Assembly: GCA_965267575.1 (NCBI GenBank)
Contig: OZ254086.1
Coordinates: 4,288,001 to 4,352,000 of the forward strand
Length of the DNA: 64,000 bases
Direction of reading: 5' to 3'
Source: Calditrichales bacterium
Lineage (GTDB): Bacteria > Calditrichota > Calditrichia > Calditrichales > J004
Of the stretch, positions 49,688 through 59,479 are shown piece after piece. Both the position numbers and the translations under genes were made by a program. Under the pieces are notes generated by a model. It ran no database searches, was not told the DNA's origin, and was given only the letters and a program-made list of their open reading frames with translations. The stretch's first letter is position 1, and every line of letters begins with the position of its first letter.

Positions 49688-50803
49688 ATGAAAAACATCG
49701 TCTTCGTTTCTATAGATCCCTTGATTTACAGGCGGCGCGTGTTGAACCAAATGTCCGCTGCAGGCGACCTCGGGTTAAACGCCGCTGCGATTACACCGCG
49801 GCCGGAAATATCAAGTCAATTTCAAATCCATTATATCCAAACGCGGTATAAGCGCGGGCCGCTGCGTTTTATATCTTACAATCTACAGATACTGCGTTTG
49901 TTAAAAACATATAATAAGATTGACTTGATCCATGCGCGCGGGCTTTGGGTTTTACCGGCAGTAATTTCATTCAGGAAAAAACATGCCTGCACGGTTATTT
50001 ATGATGCCCATGAATATTTCCCGGGACACGAGCTATTTGAAAAAAGTCTTTGGCGCAGGCTCACCTGGCTAAAAATAGAAAAAAGGGCTATCCCGCTGAT
50101 TGATATGCTTATCACGGTATCACAGCCGCTTGCCGAAGAATATCGCCGGCTTTATCCGGACTTGAAAAAGGCTGAAGTTGTAAGAAATCTCCCCGCACTT
50201 AGGGATGAAATAATAGAAAAAGATATTAATGAAGATGATGCTACAGCCAGAATAATTTTCCACGGTTATTTTCTTCCGGGCAGAGCTCTTTTTTTTATTA
50301 TTGAAGCTTTATCACTTCTGGATGACACCGCCTTTGAAATGGTATTTTTGGGAGAAGGGCCGCTAAAAGAAGAAATGGAAGCACGCGTACAAGAAAACGA
50401 TCTCAGTTCAAAAGTACAATTTAAACCTTTTGTGGAAAGCGGACGCCTGTTAACAGAGATTAGCAGCGCCGATATTGGCTTGTGTCTCATAGAAGCCGAC
50501 TCTTTCAACCGTGAACATGCGTTGCCCAATAAGTTTTTTGAATATATTCATGCTGCCGTACCTGTTCTCGCCAGCAACATCCCGACGCTGCTGGAAATGA
50601 CTGAAAAACACCAAACGGGGATATGTGTCAACCCACGGGATAGCGCGGCCATTGCCCAATCGCTTCGCCGCATGATCGGCAACAAGAAAGAGCGCCTGCG
50701 CTGGCGGCAAAACTGCATTAAAGCCCGAAATGAGCTAAACTGGCAAAATGAAGAGAAAAAGCTGAAAGCCCTTTACCACTCTTTAATTCAGGGCACACCA
50801 TAA
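49688..50803 (+). CDS. Glycosyltransferase family 4
   Basis: IYDAHE, ITVS, ADIG, LPNKFFEY, PVLASN. Confidence 0.9.
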   Translation: MKNIVFVSIDPLIYRRRVLNQMSAAGDLGLNAAAITPRPEISSQFQIHYIQTRYKRGPLRFISYNLQILRLLKTYNKIDLIHARGLWVLPAVISFRKKHACTVIYDAHEYFPGHELFEKSLWRRLTWLKIEKRAIPLIDMLITVSQPLAEEYRRLYPDLKKAEVVRNLPALRDEIIEKDINEDDATARIIFHGYFLPGRALFFIIEALSLLDDTAFEMVFLGEGPLKEEMEARVQENDLSSKVQFKPFVESGRLLTEISSADIGLCLIEADSFNREHALPNKFFEYIHAAVPVLASNIPTLLEMTEKHQTGICVNPRDSAAIAQSLRRMIGNKKERLRWRQNCIKARNELNWQNEEKKLKALYHSLIQGTP

Positions 50804-52059
50804 TGTTGAATCGCCAGAACATTCAAAGAATTTTTGGAGAAACTATTTCTTCATCGCTGGCGCGCAACACCGCCTCGCTCTATGGCGCCATGGTCTTTAA
50901 TCTTATCCTGGGCTACGTGGTAGTAAAAATCAACAGTTCCCTGCTCGGTGTTGAAAAATTCGGGATTTACAGCTTTGTTTTGAATACCATTCTTTTTTCA
51001 CGCGTCCTGCTCAATTTTGGGCTTTTCGAAGGTGGTGCAAATTTTCTGGCGCGCCAGCAGAATCCTAAAGATATGCGTCATGCTTTCGCCGCCCTGTTAT
51101 TGCTTACGCTCATTCCGGCATTGCTAATGTGGCTTGGGCTTCTACTGGCCGCGCCTCTTGTCGACCGCTTTTTCGAAATAAAAGCAGGCTCGTTGATTGC
51201 CTTTTTTGCCCTGTTCAGCTTTCCGGTTTTGCTTCAGGCTTTTCTACAAAATGGCCTGCGTGGAAGCGGACACATTAAACTACTGTCAATATTTACATCC
51301 GTGCCGCGGATTTTTTATATCATTTTGATGTTATTGCTTTACGCAGGCGGTCTGTTTTCGCTAAAAGGTACGCTCAGCGCCTACCTTGGAACAATGCTTC
51401 TGGCGGCGATAATTTTTATCATTCCCTTAAAGCCGCTTTTTAGTCAAAGCATCACCTGGATGAAAAAAATCCTTGCAGAGGTGCGCAGCTTTGGGAGTCA
51501 TATTTATGTGGCAAACGCAATGACGGCGCTTTTTCAGCACAGTGATAAAATCATTCTGGCTTATTTTGTAAGCAGCCGCCAACTCGGCTATTACGCCCTG
51601 GCTTACGCGCTCACCTTTCCCCTTTCCCATTTTCCCAATGCGCTCGGTACAAGCGCTTTTCGCAGCTACGCGCAACGCAAGCGGATCGGCAAAAAGCATT
51701 TTGCGGTAAATACGACCGTTGTTATTCTGGCAGGCACCGCGCTGATCGTATCGCGCGAGTTTATTATCACCGTGCTGTTCAGCGAACGCTTTGCCGAAGC
51801 CCAGACTGTCTTTGTGTTGCTGGTGATTGCCTTTGGGCTGGGTGCGCTGGCTATTCCGCTTACGCTGTTTTTTAAGGCCAAAGGCAAGGGTCTGCACGTG
51901 CGTAATATTACCATCACGGCGCAACTGCTCTATTTACTGCTGATGTTTGTTCTGGTACCTATGTACGGGATCAACGGCGCGGCCTGGGCGGCAATCGTCG
52001 CTTTTACTCTGGACCTTATCCTCTACTTTTACTTTTATAAAAAGCTTTTTCCGGCCTGA
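50803..52059 (+). CDS. Wzx-like oligosaccharide flippase
   Basis: Many TMs; LGVEKFGIY, DKIIL...LGYYALA, YGINGAAWA; TAATG coupling. Confidence 0.85.
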   Translation: MLNRQNIQRIFGETISSSLARNTASLYGAMVFNLILGYVVVKINSSLLGVEKFGIYSFVLNTILFSRVLLNFGLFEGGANFLARQQNPKDMRHAFAALLLLTLIPALLMWLGLLLAAPLVDRFFEIKAGSLIAFFALFSFPVLLQAFLQNGLRGSGHIKLLSIFTSVPRIFYIILMLLLYAGGLFSLKGTLSAYLGTMLLAAIIFIIPLKPLFSQSITWMKKILAEVRSFGSHIYVANAMTALFQHSDKIILAYFVSSRQLGYYALAYALTFPLSHFPNALGTSAFRSYAQRKRIGKKHFAVNTTVVILAGTALIVSREFIITVLFSERFAEAQTVFVLLVIAFGLGALAIPLTLFFKAKGKGLHVRNITITAQLLYLLLMFVLVPMYGINGAAWAAIVAFTLDLILYFYFYKKLFPA

Positions 52060-52785
52060 TCACTTTTTCGCCATCAGGGCCATGTGCGTCGCTTTGGGCA
52101 AAAGCAGGTTAATGCCTTTGTCAAAAAAACGCCACAAGCCATAGGGAAAAGAACGGCTGATTTGCGGATAGCGCATCACTGCAAGCAGCTTGTTTCCCAG
52201 AAGCTTGGGAGTAACCGGTTTCAACGCTGCCTCACGCAGCAATTCCGTCAGACTGTTTTCGTCGAAGCTGTGCAGGTGGGCGTTGGTCGGGGTGGGTTGG
52301 TTACAATGGATGCAAATATGGTAGGAGATTTTTTCGCGATATGGAACGGAGACGATCACCTTGCCGCCTGCTTTTAACACGCGCTCTATCTCCTGCAAAG
52401 CGCGCAACGGCTCAGTAAGATGTTCCAGTACTTCCGAGATGATAACGATATCGATGCTGCCGGCACTGAACGGCAGATGGAGGCCATCGGCGAATGCCGG
52501 CACCACCCGACCCGAACCACGGCGCCTTATCTCGGCCAGGTTTTTATGCGACAGATCCAGCGGAACGTAAGTCGCGTTTTCGGGCATGATGTTCAGCGCC
52601 TCGCCACCGCCGCTGCCGACTTCCAGAATAGTCTGGCCCGCTCGTGGCCGCAACTGGCTCCGGAAAAACTGGTAACGGCGACGGATATTTTCACGCTCCG
52701 CGGGAGATGGCGCAAAATAATCCGCAAATTCAGCATCCAGCCGGTAATGTTCGATGTAATTTTGATTGGATAGCCGTTGTGTCAT
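52060..52785 (-). CDS. Class I SAM-dependent methyltransferase (type 11)
   Basis: ILEVGSGGG, LPF, SEVLEH, RVLKAGG, SVP; CIHC motif. Confidence 0.88.
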   Translation of the reverse strand: MTQRLSNQNYIEHYRLDAEFADYFAPSPAERENIRRRYQFFRSQLRPRAGQTILEVGSGGGEALNIMPENATYVPLDLSHKNLAEIRRRGSGRVVPAFADGLHLPFSAGSIDIVIISEVLEHLTEPLRALQEIERVLKAGGKVIVSVPYREKISYHICIHCNQPTPTNAHLHSFDENSLTELLREAALKPVTPKLLGNKLLAVMRYPQISRSFPYGLWRFFDKGINLLLPKATHMALMAKK

Positions 52786-52811
52786 ACGGTCAATTTAAGA
52801 AAAAAGCGCTT

Positions 52812-54164
52812 TCACTTCCCGCTCTTAAAATCTTCTTTGGCAAGATTGTATTTTTTCATGCGGTACTGCATGGTCTTGTAGGAAATACCCAGCAGACTGG
52901 CTGCATGCTTAATTGAGCCACGCGACTGACGCAATGCATCAACCAGACTGCGCCGTTCCATCTCCGGCAGCGATTGGGCTCCGGTTTCCCACCCTTGCCG
53001 TCCAGCTTCAGGCAGCATCAGATCATCCGAGTCAATCGCGTCGTTTTCGTTCAGGATCAATGTTTTTTCGATGATATTTTCCAGTTCGCGCACATTGCCC
53101 GGAAAATTGTATTGCTCAAGCCGTTCCATGGCCGCGGATGTCAGAGCGGGTGCCTCGCGTTTATAGCGTTTTGCCAGCCGCTGCAGAAAATGACGCACCA
53201 GCAAGGCGATATCCTCTTTTCTTTCGCGCAACGGCGGTAACACAATGTTGATAACGTTCAGCCGGTGAAAGAGGTCTTCCCTGAAACGCCCTTCGCCGAT
53301 CAGTTCGGAGAGCTCTTCGTTGCTTGCCGCGACAACCCGCACATTCAGGTCAATCACTTTTTGCCCGCCTAGACGCTGGATTTTGCGCTCCTGCAAAACA
53401 CGCAGCAGGCGGGTCTGCAGGTCCGGACGCATCGTGCCGATCTCGTCCAGGAAAAGCGTCCCGCCACGGGCCTGTTCAAATTTTCCGGGGTAGCTTTCGC
53501 GGGCGCCGGTAAAGGCGCCTTTTTCATGGCCGAACAGCTCGCTTTCGATCAGGTTCTCCGGTATCGCCCCGCAGTTAATGGCCACAAATGGCTGCTCTTT
53601 GCGTGGTCCGCTGAAGTGTATGGCCCGGGCCACCAACTCCTTGCCCGTTCCGCTTTCACCGCCAACCAGCACATTGGCTTCAACACCAGCCGCTTTTTCC
53701 ACAAGGCGGAACACCCCGCGCATAGCAGGGCTTTTGCCGATCAGATTATGAAACTGAAAACGCTCGCTGATCTCATCACGCAAACGGCGGTTTTCCTGCT
53801 GCAGTCGCGCCTTGTCCGCGGCACGTTCCACCACATGCAATAAATCATTTTTCTTAAACGGCTTTGTAAGATAATCATAAGCCCCGTTTTTAATCGCCTC
53901 CACGGCGCTAGGAATTGTGCCGAAAGCGGTCATAATGATTACCGGGATGCCGCCGTCCGTTTCCTGCGTACCCCGAAGGACAGCAAGTCCGTCCTTGTTG
54001 GGCATCTTCAGGTCACTCAGCACAATGTCGATCCCACCTCTGGCAAGCCGCTCCAGTGCCGCCTGTCCATCCTCCGCGGTCGCAACGTTATAACCTGCAT
54101 CGCTCAGGATATCACTGAGTATGCGCCTTTGTGCTGCTTCGTCATCCGCAACCAGAATGGTCAT
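52812..54164 (-). CDS. Sigma54-dependent response regulator (NtrC/ZraR family bEBP)
   Basis: REC (DDE, DLKMP, KP), GESGTGKE, GAFTGA, LFLDEIG, FREDLFHRLNV, Fis-type HTH. Confidence 0.96.
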   Translation of the reverse strand: MTILVADDEAAQRRILSDILSDAGYNVATAEDGQAALERLARGGIDIVLSDLKMPNKDGLAVLRGTQETDGGIPVIIMTAFGTIPSAVEAIKNGAYDYLTKPFKKNDLLHVVERAADKARLQQENRRLRDEISERFQFHNLIGKSPAMRGVFRLVEKAAGVEANVLVGGESGTGKELVARAIHFSGPRKEQPFVAINCGAIPENLIESELFGHEKGAFTGARESYPGKFEQARGGTLFLDEIGTMRPDLQTRLLRVLQERKIQRLGGQKVIDLNVRVVAASNEELSELIGEGRFREDLFHRLNVINIVLPPLRERKEDIALLVRHFLQRLAKRYKREAPALTSAAMERLEQYNFPGNVRELENIIEKTLILNENDAIDSDDLMLPEAGRQGWETGAQSLPEMERRSLVDALRQSRGSIKHAASLLGISYKTMQYRMKKYNLAKEDFKSGK

Positions 54165-55675
54165 GACGCCGCGTCCTTCCCTGAAAAGTCAATCAGCAAG
54201 GTTGTACCCTCATTTTCGGTGCTTTCGATTTTCAAATGGCCGCCGTGAGCCTCAACGATCTTGTAGGCCGTTGGCAGGCCCAGCCCCGTTCCGCCGCTTT
54301 TTGTCGTATAAAACAGGTCAAAAATGTGCTCGAGATTTTTTGCGGCGATACCCGCGCCGTTGTCTTGTATGATTATCTTTTTGTCCGGCGTAGTTTTAAC
54401 CTGCAGCAACCCGCCCTTTGGCATGGCCTGGATGGCATTCAGCACGAGATTCATGATCACCGTCTTAAACCGGTCGGCGTCCACATCCAGTTGCAGCGGT
54501 TTGAGATCGCTTTGAAGCTCGATGCCGTGCAGTTTCATTTCGCGCTCGTACAATTGCAGCGTTTCGCGGATCAGCGGCACTACGTCTTGTTTTTTTGTCT
54601 GCAGGTTTTCGCTGCGCACATAGCTTAAAAAATTGTTGACCGTTTCATCCAGCCGGCGAATTTCGTTCTGGACCGTCCCCACATATTCGATGGTCCGCGT
54701 ATCGTTGGCGTCAACAAACCGGTCGCGCAAATGCTCTATGGTCAGATTGATGGCATTGAGCGGATTTTTGATTTCATGGGCAACGCCGGCCGCCAGTTGT
54801 CCTAATGCCGCCAAACGCTCCTGGCGATGCAGCAGTTCTTCCTTCTCGCGGTTTTTCTTCAACTCGGACACCATGTGATTGAAAGAGCGCGCCAGTTCAC
54901 CCATTTCATCGTCACGCCGGGGTTCCACGCGCACATTCAGCTCGCCGTTTACAACACGGTCAAAAGAATGGTTCAGCTCTTTCACCGGTTTGGTCAGCGA
55001 CCCGGCAATGAGCACAATCCCGATAATTGAAAAACCAAATAGCAGCAATGTAATGATCAGATTGCGGTCGCGGGCATCATCAAGGGCTTCCTGCAACTCG
55101 CCGGCGCTGTAGTTGTAACGCAGCAGTTTGGGCGCGTCATCATCGTTTGCCAGCCCCGGGAAGACAAATGAAAAGTTGCCGCGCGTGCCGGGTGGCGGCG
55201 GTGGCGGTATGTTAACACCTGTACGTCCTGTCCGCGGCGCATTAAGATCGACGACAACCGTTTCAAAAGAATCCCGCGTAAAGTAGCTGTAGCCCTGCCG
55301 GTTGCTGTCACCCTTCTGCCATATTTCCCTCACATGGACCGTGCTGCGTAACGAATCGCTGAGGTTCCACTCAAAGCGCGCACGGCTTTCCGCTTTTGGA
55401 GAAAGGATTGTTTTCCCGCTACCGATAAAAACACCGGTCTTTTTGGAAAGGGAGTCCCGTGACAAAATCACTGAAGGCGGTGCGGGGACACGTTCATTAA
55501 AGGTACTGGTCACAAGCTGATCCGTCACCGTATTGATTTTCTTCTCCAGCCGCGTAAGCTCATTGATTACATCGCTTTGCGTACGGCTGGTAAAATACAG
55601 TTGCAGCGCCATTACAAGCGCCATCAGCACGGAAACAATCAACACAAATTTTGTTTGAATATGACGGATCTTCAT
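54161..55675 (-). CDS. HAMP-domain sensor histidine kinase
   Basis: Two TMs, Pro-rich periplasmic region, HAMP (DEMGELARSFN), AHEIKNPL, DNGAG, GTGLGL; ATGA overlap with the regulator. Confidence 0.93.
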   Translation of the reverse strand: MKIRHIQTKFVLIVSVLMALVMALQLYFTSRTQSDVINELTRLEKKINTVTDQLVTSTFNERVPAPPSVILSRDSLSKKTGVFIGSGKTILSPKAESRARFEWNLSDSLRSTVHVREIWQKGDSNRQGYSYFTRDSFETVVVDLNAPRTGRTGVNIPPPPPPGTRGNFSFVFPGLANDDDAPKLLRYNYSAGELQEALDDARDRNLIITLLLFGFSIIGIVLIAGSLTKPVKELNHSFDRVVNGELNVRVEPRRDDEMGELARSFNHMVSELKKNREKEELLHRQERLAALGQLAAGVAHEIKNPLNAINLTIEHLRDRFVDANDTRTIEYVGTVQNEIRRLDETVNNFLSYVRSENLQTKKQDVVPLIRETLQLYEREMKLHGIELQSDLKPLQLDVDADRFKTVIMNLVLNAIQAMPKGGLLQVKTTPDKKIIIQDNGAGIAAKNLEHIFDLFYTTKSGGTGLGLPTAYKIVEAHGGHLKIESTENEGTTLLIDFSGKDAAS

Positions 55676-55746
55676 AAGCGGCCTTTTTTAAGCAGCAAAA
55701 CGGCGTACCCCAAACAGGCACACCGTTTTACGGGCTCAGGATAAAT

Positions 55747-56763
55747 TTACAGGATTATGACATTACGAACTTTAACGTTTTTAAGTTTTGGCGAAATGCC
55801 GCGAAAAACCCCGGGAGCAGGCGGTGCCGGCGGCGCGCCAATTCTGTCCAGGACAATATTGCGCATGCCTGTCTTTTTAGCAAGGGTTGCCTCTGTTGTG
55901 CTGCTGCTTCCCTTTCGCGTGTAATGGATTGTTACCGTTTCCTCGGGATTGTAATAATTTAGCGTGCGCACAAGGTCATTAAAATCTTTTATTTCACGAT
56001 CGTTAATACGGGTGATCACATCTCCGGCCCTTAAACCGCTTTTTTCGGCCGGGCTGTCTTTGGTGACGCTTTCCACCAGAACGCCATGCTCCACCTCAAA
56101 GTAAGACAGCATTTGCTCGGAAATGTTTTCGGCCATAATGCCAAGTTTACCCCCTTTTGCCGATGAACGCGTACGGACTGTTGCACCATCGCTAAAGGAA
56201 AAATTACCACCACTGCTGAATACCTTAACTTCACCTTCAGAACCGTCCTCGGCAACAGTCCAGGAAAGATCATCGCCGGGGTTGTTATCGTGAAAATACC
56301 AGGTGAAATTTTCGCCGTCCAACCCATCTCTGGTAATATTCACTGTCTGATGATCAAACTCCTCAAACACGGCCTCAGTCGATTCTCTCTTCCCATCGCG
56401 TAAATAAACGATCTTCACTTTCTTTTCTTGATCAACATCCTCAAAATGTTCGCGCAGCGCTTTCATTTCTTCAACCTGATAATCGTCTATTTCAACGATA
56501 ATATCTCCCTTCTTCAAACCCGCTTTGTCCGCGCCGCTGCCTTCAATTACATGCAATACCAACGCGCCGTTCTCGACTCCGCTTTTTTCGCTGTCCTTTT
56601 CACTTAATTTGGTAAGGGCTAAACCCAAACTATAACCCGGCCCGGAACGCGCGATAAAAACATTATCTTCCTGCACCCGCGGTGGCCCGAGGTCCGCGGC
56701 AATACAACTGCTTACGCCCATTATTGCAATCATCGAAGCGCTGACCCATAAACTCAAACGCAT
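55747..56763 (-). CDS. Exported tandem-PDZ protein (no protease domain)
   Basis: Signal peptide; two PDZ (LGL...SGADKAGLKKGDII; LGI...SPAEKSGLRAGDVI); Pro-rich tail. Confidence 0.85.
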   Translation of the reverse strand: MRLSLWVSASMIAIMGVSSCIAADLGPPRVQEDNVFIARSGPGYSLGLALTKLSEKDSEKSGVENGALVLHVIEGSGADKAGLKKGDIIVEIDDYQVEEMKALREHFEDVDQEKKVKIVYLRDGKRESTEAVFEEFDHQTVNITRDGLDGENFTWYFHDNNPGDDLSWTVAEDGSEGEVKVFSSGGNFSFSDGATVRTRSSAKGGKLGIMAENISEQMLSYFEVEHGVLVESVTKDSPAEKSGLRAGDVITRINDREIKDFNDLVRTLNYYNPEETVTIHYTRKGSSSTTEATLAKKTGMRNIVLDRIGAPPAPPAPGVFRGISPKLKNVKVRNVIIL

Positions 56764-56802
56764 TTTGTCCTCCCATTAATTTGTTGGTTGCAAACAATAA
56801 TG

Positions 56803-56817
56803 ACAAGTTGCGTGCCA
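56803..56817 (-). promoter_or_regulatory. Sigma54 promoter of the PDZ-HK-bEBP operon
   Basis: Minus strand TGGCACGCAACTTGT, near-consensus TGGCACG-N4-TTG(C/T), ~40 bp upstream of the ATG. Confidence 0.8.
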
Positions 56818-57033
56818 GCTGTATGCACTACATAGATAAGTTTATGTTTTTAATAGATTTAAAACCATTGATAACAAGATGAGTTATAGTGATTACCTCA
56901 GGAAATACCCTATATGCGGCAAGCGGAATACCCCATTTGGGGCAGAATCTTTCAGGAAACAATACCTTTAAAAAATTCTTGATAAGTGACCGGCAGGTGA
57001 ATTAGATTGACGGTGTCAAAAGGTGTTTTATAA

Positions 57034-58824
57034 ATGAATGCCGTTCGAACAACTGATATTATTGAAACCAGTCATCCATACCCGATGCCCCCGGCTATTC
57101 CCTTGCCGACACCCGGAGACTGGGGCTCGCTTGAGCGTATTGGTGTTAAACTGACGCCCTTTTCCCGGCGTGCTTTATCCGTTGCCTTTACCTTGTCCGG
57201 CTTTTCCCGATTTCAAAAAAAGCTGCCTGCCATAGCTGATGAATTGTTGCGCTGGACCAATGTACGCGGTCCAGCCGTTTTCGCGCCGGTCATTTCAGCC
57301 ACCGCAGCCATCGCAAGCGATCCGCGCACAGATGATCCCTTTACGCGGGCGGCCACACTGATCCACAGTACCCTCTCCTTTCACGCCGATTATTACAGCG
57401 GTAATCTGGAGCCGGACCGCTTCAAAAACGATATCCTGGAAATGGGACAATATGCCAATCTTTTCGGTACGGGCATTGCCTTTAGAAAATCACGGCCGGA
57501 GCTGTTTAAGACTACTAATACACGTCATATTCTTCTTGCAATACGCGGTAACTTTTATATTCTGGATCTTGCCCCATTCAGGAACAAGCCGGTTTCAATG
57601 CTGGCCGGCTTTCTGAAAAAGACGGCTGAAAAAACAGATGAAGCCAATGACTTTTCGCCGGGCATACTTACCTGCGCCCCCGACCGTTTTCAATGCAGGG
57701 TTTTTCCCAAACTGGAAAAAGACCCACACAACAGAGAAGCGCTGGATAAGATGCGCCACACTTTTTTTACCGTTTGTCTCGATTTGGATAGCAAACCGAA
57801 AAACAGCGCGGAATGTGGCTACAGCATCAACTCGCTGGAATGCCACCGGCACTGGAACCACTCCAGCATGCAGATTGTCGTAGTCGGTAACGGACGGGCA
57901 GGCTTTGTTTTCAGCTTTAGCGCCTATCTGGATGGCAATGTCATGGCCCGCGCCGCCTCGGAGATATGGAAACGGGCAAAGCAAATAGACCTGGAAACAG
58001 AAACCACCGCTGAAATGCCACCTGAGAACGTAATATCGCCGTTAAGATTGAACATTGCCCGTCCGCTGCTGGACGAAGCGCGTCACGTTTTTGAAAACGT
58101 GCGCGATGAGCAACAAGCCACTTTTGAACTGGCCATCGGCACAAAAACATTGGGTGCGTCAAAACCGTACGCGATCGAACTGTTCTCGCTGGCCATGCAA
58201 AAAACCATCTTTGACCTGACCGGAGCACTTCCCGAAATCAACCAGTTTTTGACCATGTCACGCTACCGCTACCAGGGCCTAACCACCGCCATGATCAGCA
58301 GTGAGCAGGTTAAGGAATATGTCCGCAAATGGGATGAGCAGTCCAACCCGCAGGAAAAGGCGCGTTTGTTATACGAGGCGCTGGACAGCCAGAAAAAAGC
58401 CTGCCGGCAGGCACGAAAATATTTAACGCTGGACCAGTGTCTCCCGCTTTACCGTAAATACGCCGGATCATGGAAAGGCACCTGGCATATGCTGGTTTTC
58501 TGGAGCACGCTCCAGTTTTTAAAACTGATCGGCTTGCACAAACCGCGGGGCCGAGCTGTCCTTATTTCGCATCCCGCCATCTTTGATGGCGTTGAGCTGA
58601 TTGGCCGCCCCGGAATCCGGTTGCCCTATATTCAGAAAATGAGCCTGCATTTCCAGATATTTGAGGAGCGAACGGTCATTACGTACATGCCGACACGCTA
58701 CTGGAAAATAAGCAACGCAGAATTCAGCGAAACCCTTGAACGCAATCTGCGCCAACTTGCGGAGCGGGCCGCCCGGGACTCTACGGCGGCGCAAAAAAAA
58801 GGCCTGCAAAAGCAGGCCCGTTAA
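57034..58824 (+). CDS. Choline/carnitine O-acyltransferase family protein (divergent active site)
   Basis: PAIPLP, MGQYANLFGT, HILLAIRGNFY, GILT, NREAL...FTVCLD, RHWNHSSMQIVV.GNGRAG....LDG, LAMQ...G...RYRYQG follow the order of the family's conserved blocks. Confidence 0.72.
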   Translation: MNAVRTTDIIETSHPYPMPPAIPLPTPGDWGSLERIGVKLTPFSRRALSVAFTLSGFSRFQKKLPAIADELLRWTNVRGPAVFAPVISATAAIASDPRTDDPFTRAATLIHSTLSFHADYYSGNLEPDRFKNDILEMGQYANLFGTGIAFRKSRPELFKTTNTRHILLAIRGNFYILDLAPFRNKPVSMLAGFLKKTAEKTDEANDFSPGILTCAPDRFQCRVFPKLEKDPHNREALDKMRHTFFTVCLDLDSKPKNSAECGYSINSLECHRHWNHSSMQIVVVGNGRAGFVFSFSAYLDGNVMARAASEIWKRAKQIDLETETTAEMPPENVISPLRLNIARPLLDEARHVFENVRDEQQATFELAIGTKTLGASKPYAIELFSLAMQKTIFDLTGALPEINQFLTMSRYRYQGLTTAMISSEQVKEYVRKWDEQSNPQEKARLLYEALDSQKKACRQARKYLTLDQCLPLYRKYAGSWKGTWHMLVFWSTLQFLKLIGLHKPRGRAVLISHPAIFDGVELIGRPGIRLPYIQKMSLHFQIFEERTVITYMPTRYWKISNAEFSETLERNLRQLAERAARDSTAAQKKGLQKQAR

Positions 58825-58837
58825 TAATTGGAAATTT

Positions 58838-59281
58838 TTATTCTTTTTTGGTTTTGGATGCGATAAAAGCGTCCAGGCTGATTTTCCCGGGTCCCGTCAC
58901 AATCAGACTGAAAAGCATCAGTATGTAATAAAGCGGTATCTCAAAGCCATTGTCACCGGCATCAAAACCGTTGCCGATGTGTACGGTGAAAATAGCCACC
59001 AGCATGGTGATGATCAGCGGGATGGAAATGATGCGTGTGCCCAGACCCAGGAAAAGCAGAATAAATCCTGCGGTTTCCGCGGACGTGGCCAGCAAAGCGT
59101 TCAGCCAGGGAAAAGGCAATCCCAAACCCTCTCCAAACCATTGCACAATATTGCCGAAGTTATTGATCTTGGTCGTTGCCGGGCCATAGAACCCATAGCT
59201 TAATATAAGCCTGAACAAAAGCGGCGGAACATCGGACAAAGCCGATACACGGTCGCGGATATTGTTATACAGTTCAATCAT
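58838..59281 (-). CDS. DoxX-family membrane protein
   Basis: RLILSYGFY...K, LGLPFP, E..G...LGLGTR, NGFEIPL, GPGKISLD. Confidence 0.92.
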   Translation of the reverse strand: MIELYNNIRDRVSALSDVPPLLFRLILSYGFYGPATTKINNFGNIVQWFGEGLGLPFPWLNALLATSAETAGFILLFLGLGTRIISIPLIITMLVAIFTVHIGNGFDAGDNGFEIPLYYILMLFSLIVTGPGKISLDAFIASKTKKE

Positions 59282-59331
59282 GGAGTGCCTCCTTTGGGAA
59301 TTGTTTTTGTAAGCATACTAGGACAAAAATC

Positions 59332-59347
59332 TGACAAGAGAATCACA
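59332..59347. promoter_or_regulatory. Possible Crp/Fnr-family site in the doxX / FIST divergent intergenic region
   Basis: TGACA-N6-TCACA (8/10 match to TGTGA-N6-TCACA). Confidence 0.3.
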
Positions 59348-59479
59348 TTTTGTTGAACATAATAGCCTGCCATCTCACGAATTTATAAACGTAATATCTG
59401 TTTTGGCTTTTAGCAATCGCCTTCGGATAAAGAAAACCGCGCTTTAACCGATAGCTTTTAGATTACCGCAACAACAGGG

